Origin: Verrucomicrobiota bacterium
GTDB lineage: Bacteria; Verrucomicrobiota; Verrucomicrobiia; Limisphaerales; AAA164-E04
Direction: 5' to 3'
DNA: 64,000 nt
Assembly (NCBI GenBank): GCA_047947115.1
Contig: CP170459.1
Span: forward strand, 1,344,001-1,408,000
A program made the position numbers and the translations under genes. Each line of letters begins with the position of its first letter. Position 1 is the first letter of the stretch. The notes under the pieces are model-generated. The model ran no database searches. It was given only the letters and a program-made list of their open reading frames with translations, and had not been told where the DNA came from. This document shows positions 53,814 to 61,036 of the stretch, in pieces.

Positions 53814-53985
53814 ATCCCGCGAGGCGGGACGGGGGCGCCGAGTTTTTTCACCACCCGTTCGATTCCTCACTTGAGGGCACAGAGATCACAGAGAGTGGAG
53901 GGGAGTTGGGGTTATATTTCAGCTCGTTTTGACAAACGAGCTGAAATATAACCCCAAAACTATCAGCCCTGCGGGCGGCAACAAT
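53814..53985 (+). repeat. Modular repeat unit U14 (left half)
   Basis: Left end 53847; hairpin D 53906-53957. Confidence 0.9.
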
Positions 53986-54063
53986 GATTCGTCACGGAAA
54001 TGTTCATCGAGCATGTTCGGGAGTGCGGCGGCTTTTAGATTGGTATCCAATGGAAAGTGATTC

Positions 54064-54369
54064 TTAATCTCGCGCCAGTCGTTTACGCCACTTTTTGGGG
54101 TCTTGTGAGCAATGAAACACTGCGTAAACGACGATTCCGTCTTCTAAAGGTTCGTAAAAAATTTCGAATGGAAAGCGTTGAATTGTAGCGTGGCGAAATT
54201 CATCAATAGCAACCGGAAACAGGTGGGGGTGGTCTTTTATGATGGTAAGGCCCTTTTCCACAGATTGTAGAAAATCCTCGCCAAGTCCCTCCTCCCGACT
54301 CTCATACCAATCAAATGCATCAGAGACGTCCTGCTCAGCTTCTGGAATAAAGATGATCCTGCTAATCAT
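54064..54369 (-). CDS. ParE/RelE-family toxin
   Basis: EAEQDVSDAFDWYE..GLGEDF..RFPF.IFY..AVFH..DP..W. Confidence 0.88.
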   Translation of the reverse strand: MISRIIFIPEAEQDVSDAFDWYESREEGLGEDFLQSVEKGLTIIKDHPHLFPVAIDEFRHATIQRFPFEIFYEPLEDGIVVYAVFHCSQDPKKWRKRLARD

Positions 54370-54583
54370 GTTTATTGCGTATACTCTCTTTGACTTGAGA
54401 CCAGAGTCGTCCTGAAGAGGGTTGGGCAAGGAAACCTTCTTTTCTATTTCTCAACACATCTTGTTTTGCTTCCGAGACAGGCAGCTCGGATTCTTCTCGA
54501 GCGATGCTATCCCATAGATCTTCAACTAGCTGAATCCGTTCTCCTCGAGGGAGCTTTAGAAGATGCTCTAATGTCGTATCCAT
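54362..54583 (-). CDS. Addiction-module antitoxin component
   Basis: LP..ERIQLVEDLWDSI..L..R..W..VK. Confidence 0.85.
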   Translation of the reverse strand: MDTTLEHLLKLPRGERIQLVEDLWDSIAREESELPVSEAKQDVLRNRKEGFLAQPSSGRLWSQVKESIRNKHD

Positions 54584-54681
54584 GCTGAGTAATGTATATC
54601 GAGAACGTTCGGTCTTCAAGATGGACTTTCAATGTCTGCTTTTGAGTTTTTGGACGACATTCAATATCCGAACACCTTTTC

Positions 54682-55070
54682 TTCACCACCCGTCTTGCTG
54701 CGCGCGACTAGAGGGCACAGAGTTCACAGAGAGGTAGAGGGGAGTTGGGGTTATATTTCAGCTCGTTTTGACAAACGAGCTGAAATATAACCCCAAAAAG
54801 ATCAGCCTTGCAGGCGGCGATTACGTCCGCTCTCTTACTGAGTTCTAAATTGAATAGGTATGAACTCCCGTGGTTTTGGCCCACGCAAATCCAGATAACT
54901 TTCGAATCCTTTTAAGTGCAGTAACTTTTTGATTTCTTTGCTATTTCATGGAAATCGTTATGAAATCAAAATTTCCTCCGTGCTCTCTGTGTTCTCAAGT
55001 GAGGAATCGAACGGGTGGTTAACAAAACAGATCCCTCGGTCGACGCGATAAACTTTCCGTTCTACCTATT
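54682..55070 (+). repeat. Modular repeat unit U15
   Basis: Hairpin D 54745-54796 identical to U14; hairpin E 54909-54972; right end to 55020. Confidence 0.9.
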
Positions 55071-55206
55071 GCCTTACTGTCATCACGGGGCAAGCCGTGG
55101 ATTTAACAGCGGTTCTTACTTGATTTGGAGGTCCTGGACCTTGTTAATCGTTGGGTAGACACTAGGGGTTGACGCATTGGGCGTTGGTTCGAGTCAAATA
55201 TCCATC

Positions 55207-56025
55207 ATGAATCAGGGATTAAATCAGAAACAGTTGGGGCAGGCGCTCAAAGTGGCTGAGGTTGCTGCGAGTGCTGCCGGTGACTTGATGCGTCATTTTT
55301 TGAGCAAACCCAAGAAGCGCAACGAGGAGTCTCAGCATGACATCAAACTAGAACTCGATGTCCGATGCCAGAAGACCATCGAATTGGAGCTAAGTCGCTT
55401 CAACTCATCCATTCCGGTTTTGGGGGAAGAGGGTTATTCGGGGGACATCAGTGAGTCATTGCGATGGATTGTTGATCCGATTGATGGGACGGTGAATTTT
55501 ACATACGGACTGCCTCATGCTTGTGTCAGCATCGCTCTTCAGGAGCACAACCCCTCCAAACGCGGCAAGGATAAATATGAAACCGTGCTGGGATTGGTAT
55601 ATGATCCATTTTTGGATGAAATGTGGACGGCCATCAAAGGCAAGCCCGCGCGTATGAACGGCAAAGTAATCCGACCCAACTGGCACGGCAAACTAGAGGA
55701 AACCATGTTGGCCATCGGTTTTTCCAAATCAAAAGAAGCCCTGGACGAAATGTTGCCTGCTTTCAATCACTTGGTTTACAAAGTCAGAAAGGTGCGCATC
55801 ATGGGAGCCGCAGCCCTGTCGCTGGCCTGGATAGCTAATGGCCGATTGGACGCTTTTATGGAAAAGGGAGTGCGCATATGGGATATTGTTGCTGGCGGAT
55901 TCATACTCGAACAGGCCGGGGGCGATTTTTATCACAAAGCCATCGACGACGAGTATCGCTATGCCATGGTCGCCAACAATGGTCGTTTGCGCAAAAAACT
56001 CCTTCCATACATGCCTAAAAGCTAA
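55207..56025 (+). CDS. suhB: Inositol monophosphatase family protein
   Basis: LGEE, WIVDPIDGTVNF, WDIVAG. Confidence 0.85.
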   Translation: MNQGLNQKQLGQALKVAEVAASAAGDLMRHFLSKPKKRNEESQHDIKLELDVRCQKTIELELSRFNSSIPVLGEEGYSGDISESLRWIVDPIDGTVNFTYGLPHACVSIALQEHNPSKRGKDKYETVLGLVYDPFLDEMWTAIKGKPARMNGKVIRPNWHGKLEETMLAIGFSKSKEALDEMLPAFNHLVYKVRKVRIMGAAALSLAWIANGRLDAFMEKGVRIWDIVAGGFILEQAGGDFYHKAIDDEYRYAMVANNGRLRKKLLPYMPKS

Positions 56026-56061
56026 GCCTGATTTATTTAACACTTTCAAATTGCTCAATTC

Positions 56062-57486
56062 ATGGAATACGAACCCATCATCGGACTGGAAACCCACGTC
56101 CAGCTGAAAACTAAATCCAAGATGTGGTGCGGGTGCGCCAACCAGTATGGAGCCGACCCGAACACGCAGGTGTGTCCCGTGTGTCTTGGCATGCCGGGTG
56201 TTTTGCCGGTCGCCAACGAGGAGGCCCTGCGATTGACCGTCCTGACGGGCTATCTGCTCAATTGTGACTTGCCACGGCATGCCCGTTTTGATCGGAAGAA
56301 TTATTTTTATCCAGACGTAGCCAAGAATTATCAGATCACTCAGTTGGCGCTTCCTTCCACCCTGAATGGACACGTTGATTTTGAACTCAACGGTCGTACC
56401 GAACGGGTTCGACTCACGCGGGCGCATCTGGAGGAGGATGTTGGCAAAAGCTTCCATTTCGATCGGCAAAGTGGCGTGGATTTCAATCGTGGTGGTGTGC
56501 CCTTGCTGGAAATTGTCACCGAACCCGACATCACCAGCGCGGACATGGCGTATGCATACCTCAATGCTTTGAAGGATATTTTGACTTATGCCGGCATCAG
56601 TGATTGCGACATGGAAAAGGGCATGGTGCGATGCGATGTCAACATCAGTGTGCGTCCGAAGGGGAGTCAGGAACTGGGGGCCAAGGTTGAGATTAAAAAC
56701 ATGAACAGCTTCAGTGGCGTGCGACGTGCGGTGCTTTATGAAGTTCCACGTCAGATCGAAGCCTTGAAGAATGGTGAAACAATCGTTCAGGAGACACGCC
56801 GCTGGGATGATATCGCCGGTATTACCGAAAGCATGCGAACCAAGGAGGATGCGCATGACTACCGGTATTTTCCCGATCCCGATCTCATGCCGTTCGAACC
56901 TTCAGAAGCGTGGTTTGAAGAAGTGCGACAGGGGGTGGTGGAATTGCCATTGGCACGCAAGCATCGGTTTGTTGAACAATACCAACTTCCGGAAGGGGAC
57001 GCAGAGGTATTCGTGAATGATGTGCCGTTGGGGGATTATTTTGAACAGGTCGCGGGTAAAGCCAAACAGCCCAAAGCCATCGCGAATTGGGTGATCAACA
57101 ACCTGCGGGCCAAGCTTGTTGAAAGCGAATCCAATCTTGAGGATCTGAATTTTGAGCCCGCGTCCCTGCTGGAATTGGTTCAACTGGTGGAGTCTGGCAA
57201 GATCAGCAGCAAGATTGCGCAAACTGTTTTCGGTGAAATGTTCAATAGCGGCAAGGCGCCTGGTGCCATCGTCGAAGAAAAGGGTTTGGTACAGGTGTCT
57301 GATACGGGGGCGATTGAACAGTTTTGTGATCAAGCCATCGAAGCGAATCCCGGTCCGGCCGATGATTACCGAAATGGAAAGGAAGCGGCTCTTAATTTTC
57401 TCAAGGGCCAGGTCATGAAATTGAGCCGTGGCAAGGCGAATCCTGCCTTGGTGGGTGAGATGCTTCAGAAGAAGTTGAAGGGGTGA
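56062..57486 (+). CDS. gatB: Asp/Glu-tRNA amidotransferase subunit B
   Basis: IGLETHVQL, RKNYFYPD, VEIKNMNSF, DYRYFPDPDL. Confidence 0.97.
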   Translation: MEYEPIIGLETHVQLKTKSKMWCGCANQYGADPNTQVCPVCLGMPGVLPVANEEALRLTVLTGYLLNCDLPRHARFDRKNYFYPDVAKNYQITQLALPSTLNGHVDFELNGRTERVRLTRAHLEEDVGKSFHFDRQSGVDFNRGGVPLLEIVTEPDITSADMAYAYLNALKDILTYAGISDCDMEKGMVRCDVNISVRPKGSQELGAKVEIKNMNSFSGVRRAVLYEVPRQIEALKNGETIVQETRRWDDIAGITESMRTKEDAHDYRYFPDPDLMPFEPSEAWFEEVRQGVVELPLARKHRFVEQYQLPEGDAEVFVNDVPLGDYFEQVAGKAKQPKAIANWVINNLRAKLVESESNLEDLNFEPASLLELVQLVESGKISSKIAQTVFGEMFNSGKAPGAIVEEKGLVQVSDTGAIEQFCDQAIEANPGPADDYRNGKEAALNFLKGQVMKLSRGKANPALVGEMLQKKLKG

Positions 57487-58004
57487 TTTTTTTCACGCGG
57501 AGACGCAGAGGTTTTTTATTGAAAGGATCTGTAAATTCAAACGAGCAACCATCCGAGAAAAAGCGGATTGATCATGCTGTGAAAAATGCCAAACCAGATT
57601 TTGCCAAACGCAGAGCCGACCTCTGGGGAGATCGGGTTTTTAGCTTTGAAGAAATTGAGTCTATGCGCCTGAATGAGCTGGAGGGAGTTGAACGTGAATC
57701 TTTTCCCTTATGCATCTGATTCATTGCTTGGGCGTTCTTATGGGAATAAGGGACCTGATTGTTGCAATGAAGGAGAGATGCTTTAACGGAGACATTTTGT
57801 GTGAAAATAACAAAGCATATCAAAGGGCAATTACCGGATATCAAGGAACGTAGTCATGCCGAGGGAACTGTCACCTATCTCAAAACACAAGGAGATTTTG
57901 ATGAACAAGTAATGCGGTCTGTCGTTGGCAGAGGGGCTTTGGCTGAAATTGGATCAACCAAAGATCTGATTGATGAATTTCGAGGGCCGGTAGAATTGCC
58001 ATGA
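57483..58004 (+). pseudogene. Two degenerate antitoxin-like fragments (57483-57719, 57801-58004)
   Basis: KPDFAKRR..LWG and MKIT..KGQ resemble Phd- and AbrB-type antitoxins; preceded by repeat module TCACGCGGAGACGCAGAG. Confidence 0.3.
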
Positions 58005-58038
58005 CATCGACCGTCGATTCTCCTGCATTGATTTCAAT

Positions 58039-58611
58039 CTACCTATTCCGACTAATTTCCTCAAATAACCACGCCCGGGCGTAGGCCCAGTTGCGTTTGG
58101 CGGTGCGTTCGGACATGTTGAGGATTTTGGCGGCCTGTACGTTTGGCAAACCGACAAAAAACCTCAGTTTGATCAGTTCGGCGCTTTCCGGGTCTTCTTC
58201 TTCCAGTTTGGCCAGAGCCTCGTTGACCAGGATCAGTTGGTCATCGTTTGCGGTGACGGCGACGTCGAGGCCGTTTAAATCGACTCGCTGCCATTCTCCC
58301 CCGTGCCGGATGCGTTGTTTGCGGCGTGCATTTTCCACCAGAATCCGGCGCATGGCTTCGGCTGCCGCCGAGAAAAAGTGGCGACGGTTTTCCCACTGTT
58401 GCTCTCCCCCTCCTACCAGGCGCAGGTAAGCTTCATGAACCAGCGCGGTGGGTTGCAGCGTGTGATTCGAGTTTTCCTTCGCCATCTGGCGCGCAGCTTG
58501 TTGGCGTAGCTCTTTGTAGACCAGCGGCAGTAGCTGCTCGGAAGCCTTTTCATCCCCGCTTTCGATGTCGTGCAGGATGCGGGTGATATCAATGGACTTG
58601 GTCGTGCTCAA
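58039..58611 (-). CDS. ECF sigma factor (TIGR02999-like)
   Basis: LLPLVYKELR..A, TLQPTALVHEAYLRL, AAAEAMRRILV. Confidence 0.9.
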   Translation of the reverse strand: MSTTKSIDITRILHDIESGDEKASEQLLPLVYKELRQQAARQMAKENSNHTLQPTALVHEAYLRLVGGGEQQWENRRHFFSAAAEAMRRILVENARRKQRIRHGGEWQRVDLNGLDVAVTANDDQLILVNEALAKLEEEDPESAELIKLRFFVGLPNVQAAKILNMSERTAKRNWAYARAWLFEEISRNR

Positions 58612-58612
58612 A

Positions 58613-59500
58613 TCAACCCAGTGCCTTGGTAACCATGTCTTCGAACACCTTACGTTGTTCCGTCAGAGCCTTGATTTTATCCTCCGGATTCGTGCGGGCT
58701 TCCAAGAGGATCCAGCCATCGTAATGGGTTTTGACAAACAGATTAATCAAGTCCTGGTAGGGATAATCTCCCATGTTCAATTCGCGAACATGGACCGTTG
58801 ACCCGAATCGTTCACGGACACTGTTGAAATTTGCTTCCAAGCCTTCGCCGTTCAAATCGACATCATTTGAGTTCCAGCAAACCCCCACGTTCGGATGATT
58901 GGCGACATCGAAAATGGCTTTCATCACGGGCAGTTCGCTGGTGCCTTTTCCATGGACTTCCACGCGAATTTCCTGACCCCAGTCGTCCGCATAGGCGGCA
59001 ACCTCATTGAGGGCGCGTCCGATTTGCAAAATGGTTTGTTCCTGGGACAGGCCTTTAGGGAAACCGTTAGGTTTGACTTTGACGCCACTGCCCCCGCAAT
59101 CATGCATGAGCCGCACGTATTGTTTGGTGAGTTCGATGTTGGCTTTTACTTTGGCGGGATCGTCTTCATGATATTGGGCATTGGATCCATACCCAACCAA
59201 TTCCACTGAACTGTCCGCAAATCGTTTCTTGACCTCGGCGCGTTCGGCTTTCGACAGGGATGGTTCGACTCCGTGTGCATGTTCGGTTCGTGTTTCCACT
59301 CCGTGAAGGCCAGACGCTTCGCAGGCATGGATCAGTTCGGGAAGTTTCATGTCTTTCCCCCACAGATAAGTCACCAGACCGAATTTCATTTTGGACTTCG
59401 CTTGAGCGGCGGTGGCCTGGAACAAGCCGGAAGCCAAAGCGGCTGAAAGGATGGAGCTGTTCCCGATGAACGATCTGCGCGTTTGCTTTGGAGAATTCAT
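58613..59500 (-). CDS. Sugar-phosphate isomerase/epimerase TIM barrel with Tat signal
   Basis: TRRSFI signal; VEVHG, VCWN, VHVRE, ILLE. Confidence 0.8.
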   Translation of the reverse strand: MNSPKQTRRSFIGNSSILSAALASGLFQATAAQAKSKMKFGLVTYLWGKDMKLPELIHACEASGLHGVETRTEHAHGVEPSLSKAERAEVKKRFADSSVELVGYGSNAQYHEDDPAKVKANIELTKQYVRLMHDCGGSGVKVKPNGFPKGLSQEQTILQIGRALNEVAAYADDWGQEIRVEVHGKGTSELPVMKAIFDVANHPNVGVCWNSNDVDLNGEGLEANFNSVRERFGSTVHVRELNMGDYPYQDLINLFVKTHYDGWILLEARTNPEDKIKALTEQRKVFEDMVTKALG

Positions 59501-59619
59501 GACCTGAAGCATAGGACAGGCAGGGGAATTCTGACAAGAACGATCCATACATGTTACAAAGGTGGGGCGATTTGAAAAAAGGTTTGCAATAAACCGATTT
59601 CCATCAAACATCAGCTCGC

Positions 59620-60081
59620 ATGAACAAACCGAATATTCTGATACTTTGCACAGGAAATTCCTGCCGTAGTCATATGGCCGAGGGCATACTGCGGCATGCG
59701 GTGGGTGATACCGTCGAAGTCCATAGCGCCGGATCCGACCCGACGGGCAAGGTGCATCCGATGGCCATTGAAGCGTTGAAGGAGATTGGCATCGATATCT
59801 CCCAGCACACTTCCAAGCACATGAACGATTTTCTGAAAAAGGACATAGCAGTGGTGATCACCGTTTGTGACAACGCGGACCAGGCTTGTCCGGTTTTCCC
59901 TGGACAGGCTGTCCGTTATCATTGGCCTTTTCCGGATCCGGCCAAAGTGGAAGGTCCGGATGATCAGGTGATGCAGGTGTTTCGTCAGGTGCGGGATCAG
60001 ATTCGCTTGATCTTCGACATGTACGCCGCCGGACTGGTGGATGGTTCCAAATTGTTTCAACCTGCAAAATCATCCGAATAA
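59620..60081 (+). CDS. arsC: Arsenate reductase (LMW-PTP type)
   Basis: CTGNSCRS, ITVCD..ACP, HWPFPDPA. Confidence 0.9.
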   Translation: MNKPNILILCTGNSCRSHMAEGILRHAVGDTVEVHSAGSDPTGKVHPMAIEALKEIGIDISQHTSKHMNDFLKKDIAVVITVCDNADQACPVFPGQAVRYHWPFPDPAKVEGPDDQVMQVFRQVRDQIRLIFDMYAAGLVDGSKLFQPAKSSE

Positions 60082-60082
60082 C

Positions 60083-60874
60083 ATGATCCCAAGATGGGCG
60101 CTCGGCGAGATCGTCGGGACATTTTTACTGATATTCTTTGGGTGTGGTGCCGTGGCGGGAGCGGTGGCTTTCGGTGCTTTTCAGGGGGTGTTTCAGGTGG
60201 CCATGGTATGGGGTATGGGACTGACGGTAGCGATTTATATGACACAAGGCCATAGTCAGGCACATTTCAATCCAGCCATCACCTGGGCGATGTTTCTCTT
60301 TCGAAAGATGGAGGGGAAGCAGGCGATTGGATATGTGGTATGCCAATTTCTAGGAGCTTTCATTGCTGCAGCCTGTTTGTTTCTTATTTTTCGGGAGGCG
60401 CTCGCCGTGCATGAGAGTGCGCTTGGGATCGTGCGTGGTGAGAGTGGGAGTGAAGCCACCGCCATGGTCTTTGGGGAATATTTCCCCAACCCGGGAGGCA
60501 AGCCGCTTGCTGAAGATGCTTCAAAAAAACTTTCACTCGGTAGCGCCTTTATAGCTGAAGTTTTGGGAACGGGTCTGTTGGCGTTTGCTGTGTTTGGTTT
60601 CACCTCGCCAGCGATCGGTCCGAGATTGGGCCCTGCTGTTCCCTTGGCGATCGGAGCCACTTTGATGGTGCTCATTTGTCTGTTTGGTCCGGTCACGATG
60701 GCTTGTTTCAATCCTGCGCGCGATTTGAGTCCGCGGTTGTTTTCTGCTTTGGCTGGGTGGGGGACTTTGCCTTTTCATGTGAACGGGCATGGGTGGTGGT
60801 TGGTGTATATCTTTGCACCTATTTGTGGGAGTTCTGTCGGGGGGTGGTTGAGTACGCGGATGTGGGGCGATTGA
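60083..60874 (+). CDS. MIP-family aquaglyceroporin
   Basis: Two NPA motifs (HFNPAIT, FNPARD). Confidence 0.9.
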   Translation: MIPRWALGEIVGTFLLIFFGCGAVAGAVAFGAFQGVFQVAMVWGMGLTVAIYMTQGHSQAHFNPAITWAMFLFRKMEGKQAIGYVVCQFLGAFIAAACLFLIFREALAVHESALGIVRGESGSEATAMVFGEYFPNPGGKPLAEDASKKLSLGSAFIAEVLGTGLLAFAVFGFTSPAIGPRLGPAVPLAIGATLMVLICLFGPVTMACFNPARDLSPRLFSALAGWGTLPFHVNGHGWWLVYIFAPICGSSVGGWLSTRMWGD

Positions 60875-61014
60875 ATGGTGAATAGTGAATTTAGAATAGT
60901 GAATTTTGACTGCAGGGTGAGTCGGTGAGTTCATCAACAGGGTTGCGCGTCAAGACGACACACGCTATCTGCGGGCCGATCGATCCCATTCACCATTCAC
61001 TATTTTCAATTCAC
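60872..61014. repeat. Inverted heptamer arrays between convergent genes, possible terminator
   Basis: TGAATGGTGAATAGTGAAT.. versus ATTCACCATTCACTATT.. Confidence 0.6.
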
Positions 61015-61036
61015 CCTTTTAAAGGGGCGCCACGCT

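Noticed and set aside
55729..56856. 375-aa minus-strand ORF (likewise 2-880 and 53114-53854)
   Set aside because: Antisense shadows of well-supported genes with no recognisable motifs
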